Shown here one piece after another: positions 13,401-27,450 of a stretch of 64,000 bases of DNA. The DNA lies in NCBI GenBank assembly GCA_964016885.1, contig OZ024758.1, forward strand, positions 39,432,001 through 39,496,000, in the 5' to 3' direction. The translations under genes and the position numbers were made by a program. Origin of the DNA: Eledone cirrhosa (lineage: Eukaryota). The notes below the pieces were generated by a model. The model was given only the letters and a program-made list of their open reading frames with translations, was not told where the DNA came from and ran no database searches. The stretch's first letter is position 1; each line of letters begins with the position of its first letter.

Positions 13401-16400
13401 CTTAAATGAATTCTCACCAACATTGGAGTTACTTCTGACAGCTAGTACCATGAACTTAAATGAATTCTCACCAACAGTGGAGTTACTTCTGACAGCTAAT
13501 ACCATGAACTTAAATGAATTCTCACCAACAGTGGAGTTCCTTCTGACAGCTAATACCATGAACTTAAATGAATTCTCACCAACATTGGAGTTACTTCTGA
13601 CAGCTAGTACCATGACTTAAATGAATTCTCACCAACAGTGGAGTTACTTCTGACAAACTAATACCATGAACTTAAATGAATTCTCACCAACAGTGGAGTT
13701 CCTTCTGACAGCTAATACCATGAACTTAAATGAATTCTCACCAACAGTGGAGTTACTTCTGACAGCTAATACCATGAACTTAAATGAATTCTCACCAACA
13801 TTGGAGTGACTTCTGACAGCTAATACCATGAACTTAAATGAATTCTCACCAACATTGGTGTTACTTCTGACAGCTAGTACCATGAACTTAAATGAATTCT
13901 CACCAACAGTGGAATGACTTCTGACAGCTAATACCATGAACTTAAATGAATTCTCACCAACATTGGAGTGACTTCTGACAGCTAATACCATGAACTTAAA
14001 TGAATTCTCACCAACAGTGGAGTTACTTCTGACAGCTAGTACCATGAACTTAAATGAATTCTCACCAACAGTGGAGTTACTTCTGACAGCTAATACCATG
14101 AACTTAAATGAATTCTCACCATCAGTGGCGTTCCTTCTGACAGCTAATACCATGAACTTAAATGAATTCTCACCAACAGTGGTGTTACTTCTGACAGCTA
14201 GTACCATGAGTTAAATGAATTCTCACCAACATTGGAGTTCCTTCTGACAGCTAATACCATGAACTTAAATGAATTTTCACCAACAGTGGAGTTACTTCTG
14301 ACAGCTAATACCATGAACTTAAATGAATTCTCACCAACAGTGGAGTTACTTCTGACAGCTAATACCATGAACTTAAATGAATTCTCACCAACAGTGGAGT
14401 TACTTCTGACAGCTAATACCATGAACTTAAATGAATTCTCACCAACATTGGAGTGACTTCTGACAGCTAATACCATGAACTTAAATGAATTCTCACCAAC
14501 ATTGGGGTTACTTCTGACAGCTAGTACCATGAACTTAAATGAATTCTCACCAACAGTGGAGTGACTTCTGACAGCTAATACCATGAACTTACATGAATTA
14601 TCACCAACATTGGAGTTACTTCTGACAGCTAGTACCATGAACTTAAATGAATTCTCACCAACATTGGAGTTACTTCTGAAAACTAATACCATGACTTAAA
14701 TGAATTCTCACCAACAGTGGAGTTACTTCTGACAAACTAATACCATGAACTTAAATGAATTCTCACCAACAGTGGAGTTACTTCTGACAGCTAATACCAT
14801 GAACTTAAATGAATTCTCACCAACAGTGGAGTTACTTCTGACAGCTAATACCATGAACTTAAATGAATTCTCACCAACATTGGAGTTACTTCTGACAGCT
14901 AGTACCATGACTTAAATGAATTCTCACCAACATTGGAGTTACTTCTGACAACTAATACCATGACTTAAATGAATTCTCACCAACAGTGGAGTTACTTCTG
15001 ACAAACTAATACCATGAACTTAAATGAATTCTCACGAACAGTGGAGTTACTTCTGACAGCTAGTACCATGAACTTAAATGAATTCTCACCAACAGTGGAG
15101 TTCCTTCTGACAGCTAATACCATGAACTTAAATGAATTCTCACCAACAGTGGAGTTACTTCTGACAGCTAATACCATGAACTTAAATGAATTCTCACCAA
15201 CATTGGAGTGACTTCTGACAGCTAATACCATGAACTTAAATGAATTCTCACCAACATTGGTGTTACTTCTGACAGCTAGTACCATGAACTTAAATGAATT
15301 CTCACCAACAGTGGAATGACTTCTGACAGCTAATACCATGAACTTAAATGAATTCTCACCAACATTGGAGTGACTTCTGACAGCTAATACCATGAACTTA
15401 AATGAATTCTCACCAACAGTGGAGTTACTTCTGACAGCTAGTACCATGAACTTAAATGAATTCTCACCAACAGTGGAGTTACTTCTGACAGCTAATACCA
15501 TGAACTTAAATGAATTCTCAGCAACAGTGGAGTTCCTTCTGACAGCTAATACCATGAACTTAAATGAATTCTCACCAACATTGGAGTTACTTCTGACAGC
15601 TAGTACCATGAACTTAAATGAATTCTCACCAACAGTGGAGTTACTTCTGACAGCTAATACCATGAACTTAAATGAATTCTCACCAACAGTGGAGTTACTT
15701 CTGACAGCTAGTACCATGAACTTAAATGAATTCTCACCAACAGTGGAGTTACTTCTGACAGCTAATACCATGAACTTAAATGAATTCTCACCAACAGTGG
15801 AGTTACTTCTGACAGCTAATACCATGAACTTAAATGAATTCTCACCAACAGTGGAGTTCCTTCTGACAACTAATACCATGAACTTAAATGAATTCTCACC
15901 AACAGTGGCGTTCCTTCTGACAGCTAGTACCATGAACTTAAATGAATTCTCACCAACAGTGGAGTTACTTCTGACAGCTAGTACCATGACTTAAATGAAT
16001 TCTCACCAACATTGGAGTTCCTTCTGACAGCTAATACCATGAACTTAAATGAATTCTCACCAACAGTGGAGTTCCTTCTGACAGCTAATACCATGAACTT
16101 AAATGAATTCTCACCAACATTGGAGTTACTTCTGACAACTAATACCATGACTTAAATGAATTCTCACCAACAGTGGAGTTACTTCTGACAAACTAATACC
16201 ATGAACTTAAATGAATTCTCACCAACAGTGGAGTTACTTCTGACAGCTAATACCATGAACTTAAATGAATTCTCACCAACATTGGAGTGACTTCTGACAG
16301 CTAATACCATGAACTTAAATGAATTCTCACCAACATTGGGGTTACTTCTGACAGCTAATACCATGAACTTAAATGAATTCTCACCAACAGTGGAGTGACT

Positions 16401-18699
16401 TCTGACCGCTAATACCATGAACTTAAATGAATTCTCACCAACATTGGAGTGACTTCTGACAGCTAATACCATGAACTTAAATGAATTCTCACCAACGGTG
16501 GAGTTACTTCTGACAGCTAGTACCATGAACCTAAATGCATTCTCACCAACAGTGGAGTTACTTCTGACAGCTAATACCATGAACTTAAATGAATTCTCAG
16601 CAACAGTGGAGTTCCTTCTGACAGCTAATACCATGAACTTAAATGAATTCTCACCAACATTGGAGTTACTTCTGACAGCTAGTACCATGAACTTAAATGA
16701 ATTCTCACCAACAGTGGAGTTACTTCTGACAGCTAATACCATGAACTTAAATGAATTCTCACCAACAGTGGAGTTACTTCTGACAGCTAATACCATGAAC
16801 TTAAATGAATTCTCACCAACATTGGAGTGACTTCTGACAGCTAATACCATGAACTTAAATGAATTCTCACCAACATTGGGGTTACTTCTGACAGCTAATA
16901 CCATGAACTTAAATGAATTCTCACCAACAGTGGAGTGACTTCTGACAGCTAATACCATGAACTTAAATGAATTCTCACCAACATTGGAGTGACTTCTGAC
17001 AGCTAATACCATGAACTTAAATGAATTCTCACCAACAGTGGAGTTACTTCTGACAGCTAGTACCATGAACCTAAATGAATTCTCACCAACAGTGGAGTTA
17101 CTTCTGACAGCTAATACCATGAACTTAAATGAATTCTCAGCAACAGTGGAGTTCCTTCTGACAGCTAATACCATGAACTTAAATGAATTCTCACCAACAT
17201 TGGAGTTACTTCTGACAGCTAGTACCATGAACTTAAATGAATTCTCACCAACAGTGGAGTTACTTCTGACAGCTAATACCATGAACTTAAATGGATTCTC
17301 ACCATCAGTGGCGTTCCTTCTGACAGCTAATACCATGAACTTAAATGAATTCTCACCAACAGTGGAGTTACTTCTGACAGCTAGTACCATGACTTAAATG
17401 AATTCTCACCAACATTGGAGTTCCTTCTGACAGCTAATACCATGAACTTAAATGAATTCTCACCAACGGTGGAGTTACTTCTGACAGCTAATACCATGAA
17501 CTTAAATGAATTCTCACCAACAGTGGAGTTACTTCTGACAGCTAATACCATGAACTTAAATGAATTCTCACCAACAGTGAAGTTACTTCTGACAGCTAAT
17601 ACCATGAACTTAAATGAATTCTCACCAACATTGGAGTGACTTCTGAGAGCTAATACCATGAACTTAAATGAATTCTCACCAACATTGGGGTTACTTCTGA
17701 CAGCTAGTACCATGAACTTAAATGAATTCTCACCAACAGTGGAGTGACTTCTGACAGCTAATACCATGAACTTACATGAATTATCACCAACATTGGAGTT
17801 ACTTCTGACAGCTAGTACCATGAACTTAAATGAATTCTCACCAACATTGGAGTTACTTCTGAAAACTAATACCATGACTTAAATGAATTCTCACCAACAG
17901 TGGAGTTACTTCTGACAAACTAATACCATGAACTTAAATGAATTCTCACCAACAGTGGAGTTACTTCTGACAGCTAATACCATGAACTTAAATGAATTCT
18001 CACCAACAGTGGAGTTACTTCTAACAGCTAATACCATGAACTTAAATGAATTCTCACCAACATTGGAGTTACTTCTGACAGCTAATACCATGACTTAAAT
18101 GAATTCTCACCAACAGTGGAGTTACTTCTGTCAGCTAATACCATGAACTTAAATGAATTCTCACCAACATTGGAGTTACTTCTGACAGCTAGTACCATGA
18201 ACTTAAATGAATTCTCACCAACAGTGGAGTTACTTCTGACAGCTAATACCATGAACTTAAATGAATTCTCACCAACAGTGGAGTTCCTTCTGACAGCTAA
18301 TACCATGAACTTAAATGAATTCTCAACAAAATTGGAGTTACTTCTGACAGCTAGTACCATGACTTAAATGAATTCTCACCAACATTGGAGTTACTTCTGA
18401 CAACTAATACCATGACTTAAATGAATTCTCACCAACAGTGGAGTTACTTCTGACAAACTAATACCATGAACTTAAATGAATTCTCACCAACAGTGGAATT
18501 ACTTCTGACAGCTAGTACCATGAACTTAAATGAATTCTCACCAACAGTGGAGTTCCTTCTGACAGCTAATACCATGAACTTAAATGAATTCTCACCAACA
18601 GTGGAGTTACTTCTGACAGCTAATACCATGAACTTAAATGAATTCTCACCAACATTGGAGTGACTTCTGACAGCTAATACCATGAACTTAAATGAATTC

Positions 18700-20410
18700 T
18701 CACCAACATTGGTGTTACTTCTGACAGCTAGTACCATGAACTTAAATGAATTCTCACCAACAGTGGAATGACTTCTGACAGCTAATACCATGAACTTAAA
18801 TGAATTCTCACCAACATTGGAGTGACTTCTGACAGCTAATACCATGAACTTAAATGAATTCTCACCAACAGTGGAGTTACTTCTGACAGCTAGTACCATG
18901 AACTTAAATGAATTCTCACCAACAGTGGAGTTACTTCTGACAGCTAATACCATGAACTTAAATGAATTCTCAGCAACAGTGGAGTTCCTTCTGACAGCTA
19001 ATACCATGAACTTAAATGAATTCTCACCAACATTGGAGTTACTTCTGACAGCTAGTACCATGAACTTAAATGAATTCTCACCAACAGTGGAGTTACTTCT
19101 GACAGCTAATACCATGAACTTAAATGCATTCTCCACCAACAGTGGAGTTACTTCTGACAGCTAGTACCATGAACTTAAATGAATTCTCACCAACAGTGGA
19201 GTTACTTCTGACAGCTAATACCATGAACTTAAATGAATTCTCACCAACAGTGGAGTTACTTCTGACAGCTAATACCATGAACTTAAATGAATTCTCACCA
19301 ACATTGGAGTTACTTCTGACAGCTAATACCATGAACTTAAATGAATTCTCACCAACAGTGGAGTTCCTTCTGACAGCTAAATCCATGAACTTAAATGAAT
19401 TCTCACCAACATTGGAGTTACTTCTGACAACTAACACCATGTCTTAAATGAATTCTCACCAACAGTGGAGTTACTTCTGACAGCTAATACCATGAACTTA
19501 AATGAATTCTCACCAACATTGGAGTTACGTCTGACAGCTAATACCATGAACTTAAATGAATTCTCACCAACATTGGTGTTACTTCTGACAGCTAGTACCA
19601 TGAACTTAAATGAATTCTCACCAACAGTGGAATGACTTCTGACTGCTAATACCATGAACTTAAATGAATTCTCACCAACATTGGAGTGACTTCTGACAGC
19701 TAATACCATGAACTTAAATGAATTCTCACCAACAGTGGAGTTACTTCTGACAGCTAGTACCATGAACTTAAATGAATTCTCACCAACAGTGGAGTTACTT
19801 CTGACAGCTAATACCATGAACTTAAATGAATTCTCAGCAACAGTGGAGTTCCTTCTGACAGCTAATACCATGAACTTAAATGAATTCTCACCAACATTGG
19901 AGTTACTTCTGACAGCTAGTACCATGAACTTAAATGAATTCTCACCAACAGTGGAGTTACTTCTGACAGCTAATACCATGAACTTAAATGCATTCTCCAC
20001 CAACAGTGGAGTTACTTCTGACAGCTAGTACCATGAACTTAAATGAATTCTCACCAACAGTGGAGTTACTTCTGACAGCTAATACCATGAACTTAAATGA
20101 ATTCTCACCAACAGTGGAGTTACTTCTGACAGCTAATACCATGAACTTAAATGAATTCTCACCAACATTGGAGTTACTTCTGACAGCTAATACCATGAAC
20201 TTAAATGAATTCTCACCAACAGTGGAGTTCCTTCTGACAGCTAAATCCATGAACTTAAATGAATTCTCACCAACATTGGAGTTACTTCTGACAACTAACA
20301 CCATGTCTTAAATGAATTCTCACCAACAGTGGAGTTACTTCTGACAGCTAATACCATGAACTTAAATGAATTCTCACCAACATTGGAGTTACGTCTGACA
20401 GCTAATACCA
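18700..20410 (+). repeat. 864-bp (16-monomer) tandem duplication carrying unique variants
   Basis: GCATTCTCCACC (with a +1 C) has its CTCCAC at 19131/19995. CTAAATCC, CTAACACCATGTCTT and TTACGTCTG each occur twice, 864 bp apart. Confidence 0.9.
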
Positions 20411-21950
20411 TGACTTAAATGAATTCTCACCAACAGTGGAGTTACTTCTGACAGCTAATACAATGAACTTAAATGAATACTCACCAACAGTGGAGTTACT
20501 TCTGACAGCTAATACCATGAACTTAAATGAATTCTCACCAACATTGGAGTTACTTCTGACAGCTAGTACCATAACTTAAATGAATTCTCACCAACATTGG
20601 AGTTACTTCTGACAGCTAATACCATGACTTAAATGAATTCTCACCAACAGTGGAGTTACTTCTGACAGCTAATACCATGAACTTAAATGAATTCTCACCA
20701 CCATTGGAGTTACTTCTGACAGCTAGTACCATGACTTAAATGAATTCTCACCAACATTGGAGTTACTTCTGACAGCTAGTACCATGACTTAAATGAATTC
20801 TCACCAACAATGGAGTTACTTCTGACAGCAAATACAAACGAATTAAATTAATTCTCACCAACAGTGGAGTTACTTCTGACAGCTAATACCATGAACTTAA
20901 ATGAATTCTCACCAACAGTGGAGTTCCTTCTGACAGCTAATACCATGAATTTAAATGAATTCTCACCAACATTGTAGTTACTTCTGACAGCTAGTACCAT
21001 GAACTTAAATGAATTCTCACCAACAGTGGAGTTCCTTCTGAGAGCTAATACCATGAACTTAAATGAATTCTCACCACCATTGGAGTTACTTCTGACAGCT
21101 AGTACCATGATCTTAAATGAATTCTCACCAACAGTGGAGTTACTTCTGACAGCTAATACCATGAACTTAAATGAATTCTCACCACCATTGGAGTTACTTC
21201 TGACAGCTAGTACCATGAACTTAAATGAATTCACACCAACAGTGGAGTTACTTCTGACAGCTAATACCATGAACTTAAATGAATTCTCACCAACAGTGGA
21301 GTTACTTCTGACAGCTAATACCATGAACTTAAATGAATTCTCACCAACAGTGGAGTTCCTTCTGACAGCTAATACCATGAACTTAAATGAATTCTCACCA
21401 ACATTGGAGTTACTTCTGACAGCTCGTACCATGACTTAAATGAATTCTCACCAACATTGGAGTTACTTCTGACAGCTAGTACCATGACTTAAATGAATTC
21501 TCACCAACAATGGAGTTACTTCTGACAGCAAATACCACGAATTAAATGAATTCTTACCAACAGTGGAGTTACTTCTGACAGCTAATACCATGAACTTAAA
21601 TGAATTCTCACCAACAGTGGAGTTCCTTCTGACAGCTAATACCATGAATTTAAATGAATTCTCACCAACAGTGGAGTTCCTTCTGACAGCTAATACCATG
21701 AATTTAAATGAATTCTCACCAACATTGTAGTTACTTCTGACAGCTAGTACCATGACTTAAATGAATTCTCACCAACATTGGAGTTCCTTCTGACAGCTAA
21801 TACCATGAACTTAAATGAATTCTCACCAACAGTGGAGTTCCTTCTGACAGCTAATACCATGAACTTAAATGAATTCTCACCAACATTGGAGTTACTTTTG
21901 ACAACTAATACCATGACTTAAATGAATTCTCACCAACAGTGGAGTTACTT
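20410..21950 (+). repeat. Satellite sub-domain B: divergent transition zone with many rare variants
   Basis: Dense cluster of singleton or locally restricted changes: TACAATG 20459, ATAACTT 20571, CCACCATTGG (~20698, 21074, 21182), GCAAATACAAACGAATTAAATTAATTC ~20828-20854, TTGTAG ~20972/21725, ATGATCTT ~21107, GCTCGTA 21422 and CTTTTG 21895. Confidence 0.8.
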
Positions 21951-22619
21951 CTGACAAACTAATACCATGAACTTAAATGAATTCTCACCAACATTGGAGT
22001 GACTTCTGACAGCTAATACCATGAACTTAAATGAATTCTCACCAACATTGGGGTTACTTCTGACAGCTAATACCATGAACTTAAATGAATTCTCACCAAC
22101 AGTGGAGTGACTTCTGACAGCTAATACCATGAACTTAAATGAATTCTCACCAACATTGGAGTGACTTCTGACAGCTAATACCATGAACTTAAATGAATTC
22201 TCACCAACAGTGGAGTTACTTCTGACAGCTAGTACCATGAACCTAAATGAATTCTTACCAACAGTGGAGTTACTTCTGACAGCTAATACCATGAACTTAC
22301 ATGAATTCTCAGCAACAGTGGAGTTCCTTCTGACAGCTAATACTATGAACTTAAATGAATTCTCACCAACATTGGAGTTATTTCTGACAGCTAGTACCAT
22401 GAACTTAAATGAATTCTCACCAACAGTGGAGTTACTTCTGACAGCTAATACCATGAACTTAAAGGAATTCACACCAACAGTGGCGTTCCTTCTGACAGCT
22501 AATACCATGAACTTAAATGAATTCTCACCAACAGTGGAGTTACTTCTGACAGCTAGTACCATGACTTAAATGAATTCTCACCAACATTGGAGTTCCTTCT
22601 GACAGCTAATACCATGAAC

Positions 22620-25600
22620 TTAAATGTATTCTCACCAACAGTGGAGTTACTTCTGACAGCTAATACCATGAACTTAAATGAATTCTCACCAACAGTGGAG
22701 TTACTTCTGACAGCTAATACCATGAACTTAAATGAATTCTCACCAACAGTGGAGTTACTTCTGACAGCTAATACCATGAACTTAAATGAATTCTCACCAA
22801 CAGTGGAGTTACTTCTGACAGCTAATACCATGAACTTAAATGAATTCTCACCAACATTGAAGTGACTTCTGACAGCTAATACCATGAACTTAAATGAATT
22901 CTCACCAACATTGGGGTTACTTCTGACAGCTAGTACCATGAACTTAAATGAATTCTCACCAACAGTGGAGTGACTTCTGACAGCTAATACCATGAACTTA
23001 AATGAATTCTCACCAACATTGGAGTTACTTCTGACAGCTAATACCATGACTTAAATGAATTCTCACCAACAGTGGAGTTACTTCTGACAGCTAATACCAT
23101 GAACTTAAATGAATTCTCACCAACAGTGGAGTTACTTCTGACAGCTAATACCATGAACTTAAAAGAATTCTCACCAACAGTGGAGTTACTTCTTACAGCT
23201 AATAGCATGAACTTAAATGAATTCTCACCAACATTGGAGTGACTTCTGACAGCTAATACCATGAACTTAAATGAATTCTCACCAACATTGGGGTTACTTC
23301 TGACAGCTAGTACCATGAACTTAAATGAATTCTCACCAACAGTGGAGTGACTTCTGACAGCTAATACCATGAACTTAAATGAATTCTCACCAACAGTGGA
23401 GTTACTTCTGAAGGCTAGTACCATGAACCTAAATGAATTCTTACCAACAGTGGAGTTACTTCTGACAGCTAATACCATGAAATTAAATGAATTCTCAGCA
23501 ACAGTGGAGTTCCTTCTGACAGCTAATACCATGAACTTAAATGAATTCTCACCAACATTGGAGTTACTTCTGACAGCTAGTACCATGAACTTAAATGAAT
23601 TCTCACCAACAGTGGAGTTACTTCTGACAGCTAATACCATGAACTTAAATGAATTCTCACCAACAGTGGCGTTCCTTCTGACAGCTAATACCATGAACTT
23701 AAATGAATTCTCACCAACAGTGGAGTTACTTCTGACAGCTAATACCATGAACTTAAATGAATTCTCACCAACAGTGGAGTTACTTCTGACAGCTAATACC
23801 ATGAACTTAAATGAATTCTCACCAACATTGGAGTGACTTCTGACAGCTAATACCATGAACTTAAATGAATTCTCACCAACATTGGGGTTACTTCTGACAG
23901 CTAATACCATGAACTTAAATGAATTCTCACCAACATTGGAGTTACTTCTGACAGCTAATACCATGACTTAAATGAATTCTCACCAACAGTGGAGTTACTT
24001 CTGACAGCTAATACCATGAACTTAAATGAATTCTCACCAACAGTGGAGTTACTTCTGACAGCTAGTACCATGAACTTAAATGAATTCTCACCAACAGTGG
24101 AGTTACTTCTGACAGCTAATACCATGAACTTAAATGAATTCTCACCAACATTGGAGTTACTTCTGACAGCTAATACCATGACTTAAATGAATTCTCACCA
24201 ACAGTGGAGTTACTTCTGACAGCTAATACCATGAACTTAAATGAATTATCACCAACAGTGGAGTTACTTCTGACAGCTAGTACCATGAACTTAAATGAAT
24301 TCTCACCAACAGTGGAGTTACTTCTGACAGCTAATACCATGAACTTAAATGAATTCTCACCAACATTGGAGTTACTTCTGACAGCTAATACCATGACTTA
24401 AATGAATTCTCACCAACAGTGGAGTTACTTCTGACAGCTAATACCATGAACTTAAATGAATTCTCACCAACATTGGAGTTACTTCTGACAGCTAGTACCA
24501 TGAACTTAAATGAATTCTCACTAACAGTGGAGTTACTTCTGACAGCCAATACCATGAACTTAAATGAATTCTCACCAACATTGGAGTTATTTCTGACAGC
24601 TAGTACCATGAACTTAAATGAATTCTCACCAACAGTGGAGTTACTTCTGACAGCTAATACCATGAACTTAAAGGAATTCACACCAACAGTGGCGTTCCTT
24701 CTGACAGCTAATACCATGAACTTAAATGAATTCTCACCAACAGTGGAGTTACTTCTGACAGCTAGTACCATGACTTAAATGAATTCTCACCAACATTGGA
24801 GTTCCTTCTGACAGCTAATACCATGAACTTAAATGAATTCTCACCAACAGTGGAGTTACTTCTGACAGCTAATACCATGAACTTAAATGAATTCTCACCA
24901 ACAGTGGAGTTACTTCTGACAGCTAATACCATGAACTTAAATGAATTCTCACCAACAGTGGAGTTACTTCTGACAGCTAATACCATGAACTTAAATGAAT
25001 TCTCACCAACATTGAAGTGACTTCTGACAGCTAATACCATGAACTTAAATGAATTCTCACCAACATTGGGGTTACTTCTGACAGCTAGTACCATGAACTT
25101 AAATGAATTCTCACCAACAGTGGAGTGACTTCTGACAGCTAATACCATGAACTTAAATGAATTCTCACCAACATTGGAGTTACTTCTGACAGCTAATACC
25201 ATGACTTAAATGAATTCTCACCAACAGTGGAGTTACTTCTGACAGCTAATACCATGAACTTAAATGAATTCTCACCAACAGTGGAGTTACTTCTGACAGC
25301 TAATACCATGAACTTAAAAGAATTCTCACCAACAGTGGAGTTACTTCTTACAGCTAATAGCATGAACTTAAATGAATTCTCACCAACATTGGAGTGACTT
25401 CTGACAGCTAATACCATGAACTTAAATGAATTCTCACCAACATTGGGGTTACTTCTGACAGCTAGTACCATGAACTTAAATGAATTCTCACCAACAGTGG
25501 AGTGACTTCTGACAGCTAATACCATGAACTTAAATGAATTCTCACCAACAGTGGAGTTACTTCTGAAGGCTAGTACCATGAACCTAAATGAATTCTTACC

Positions 25601-27450
25601 AACAGTGGAGTTACTTCTGACAGCTAATACCATGAACTTAAATGAATTCTCAGCAACAGTGGAGTTCCTTCTGACAGCTAATACCATGAACTTAAATGAA
25701 TTCTCACCAACATTGGAGTTACTTCTGACAGCTAGTACCATGAACTTAAATGAATTCTCACCAACAGTGGAGTTACTTCTGACAGCTAATACCATGAACT
25801 TAAATGAATTCTCACCAACAGTGGCGTTCCTTCTGACAGCTAATACCATGAACTTAAATGAATTCTCACCAACAGTGGAGTTACTTCTGACAGCTAATAC
25901 CATGAACTTAAATGAATTCTCACCAACAGTGGAGTTACTTCTGACAGCTAATACCATGAACTTAAATGAATTCTCACCAACATTGGAGTGACTTCTGACA
26001 GCTAATACCATGAACTTAAATGAATTCTCACCAACATTGGGGTTACTTCTGACAGCTAATACCATGAACTTAAATGAATTCTCACCAACATTGGAGTTAC
26101 TTCTGACAGCTAATACCATGACTTAAATGAATTCTCACCAACAGTGGAGTTACTTCTGACAGCTAATACCATGAACTTAAATGAATTCTCACCAACAGTG
26201 GAGTTACTTCTGACAGCTAGTACCATGAACTTAAATGAATTCTCACCAACAGTGGAGTTACTTCTGACAGCTAATACCATGAACTTAAATGAATTCTCAC
26301 CAACATTGGAGTTACTTCTGACAGCTAATACCATGACTTAAATGAATTCTCACCAACAGTGGAGTTACTTCTGACAGCTAATACCATGAACTTAAATGAA
26401 TTATCACCAACAGTGGAGTTACTTCTGACAGCTAGTACCATGAACTTAAATGAATTCTCACCAACAGTGGAGTTACTTCTGACAGCTAATACCATGAACT
26501 TAAATGAATTCTCACCAACATTGGAGTTACTTCTGACAGCTAATACCATGACTTAAATGAATTCTCACCAACAGTGGAGTTACTTCTGACAGCTAATACC
26601 ATGAACTTAAATGAATTCTCACCAACATTGGAGTTACTTCTGACAGCTAGTACCATGAACTTAAATGAATTCTCACTAACAGTGGAGTTACTTCTGACAG
26701 CCAATACCATGAACTTAAATGAATTCTCACCAACATTGGAGTTATTTCTGACAGCTAGTACCATGAACTTAAATGAATTCTCACCAACAGTGGAGTTACT
26801 TCTGACAGCTAATACCATGAACTTAAAGGAATTCACACCAACAGTGGCGTTCCTTCTGACAGCTAATACCATGAACTTAAATGAATTCTCACCAACAGTG
26901 GAGTTACTTCTGACAGCTAGTACCATGACTTAAATGAATTCTCACCAACATTGGAGTTCCTTCTGACAGCTAATACCATGAACTTAAATGAATTCTCACC
27001 AACAGTGGAGTTACTTCTGACAGCTAATACCATGAACTTAAATGAATTCTCACCAACAGTGGAGTTACTTCTGACAGCTAATACCATGAACTTAAATGAA
27101 TTCTCACCAACAGTGGAGTTACTTCTGACAGCTAATACCATGAACTTAAATGAATTCTCACCAACATTGAAGTGACTTCTGACAGCTAATACCATGAACT
27201 TAAATGAATTCTCACCAACATTGGGGTTACTTCTGACAGCTAGTACCATGAACTTAAATGAATTCTCACCAACAGTGGAGTGACTTCTGACAGCTAATAC
27301 CATGAACTTAAATGAATTCTCACCAACATTGGAGTTACTTCTGACAGCTAATACCATGACTTAAATGAATTCTCACCAACAGTGGAGTTACTTCTGACAG
27401 CTAATACCATGAACTTAAATGAATTCTCACCAACAGTGGAGTTACTTCTG
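22620..27450 (+). repeat. Higher-order repeat, period 2155 bp (40 monomers), about 2.2 copies, containing 215-bp (4-monomer) sub-repeats
   Basis: AAAAGAATTC at 23161/25316, AATAGCAT at 23201/25356 and GAAGGCT at 23410/25565. ORF pairs start at 23038/25193 and 24762/26917. The 215-bp spacing is seen at 23955/24170/24385. Confidence 0.9.

Larger units (their letters stand above)
1..19100 (+). repeat. Satellite sub-domain A
   Basis: Private recurrent markers: CTTACATGAATTATCA (~92, 1922, 2245, 5586, 6717, 8765, 10921, 12430, 13024, 14588, 17771), CTGAAAACT (~5674-17860), CCATCAGTGGCG (~5117-17302) and GGAATGAC (~709-19629). I did not see these beyond about 19.7 kb. Boundaries are approximate. 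Confidence 0.85.

Noticed and set aside
15392-15994. Plus-strand ORFs of (MNLNEFSPTVELLLTANT)n resembling a leucine-rich repeat protein
   Set aside because: This is the same artefact. One of the commonest alleles (GAGTGA) is an in-frame stop, frameshifts are frequent, and the unit does not fit the LxxLxLxxNxL consensus.
16179-17390. Long minus-strand ORFs of (MVLAVRSNSTVGENSFKF)n, up to 403 aa, as a repeat-protein gene
   Set aside because: The 54-bp unit is 18 codons, so any stop-free frame propagates automatically. The ORFs are broken every few monomers by the common 1-bp deletion. There are no unique N- or C-terminal domains, and variants are mostly amino-acid changing, with no sign of synonymous bias.
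20820-20860. Possible foreign insertion or transposon footprint at the most divergent spot
   Set aside because: The segment still aligns to the monomer in register, as a 54-bp-type junction with several substitutions. There is no extra sequence and no target-site duplication.
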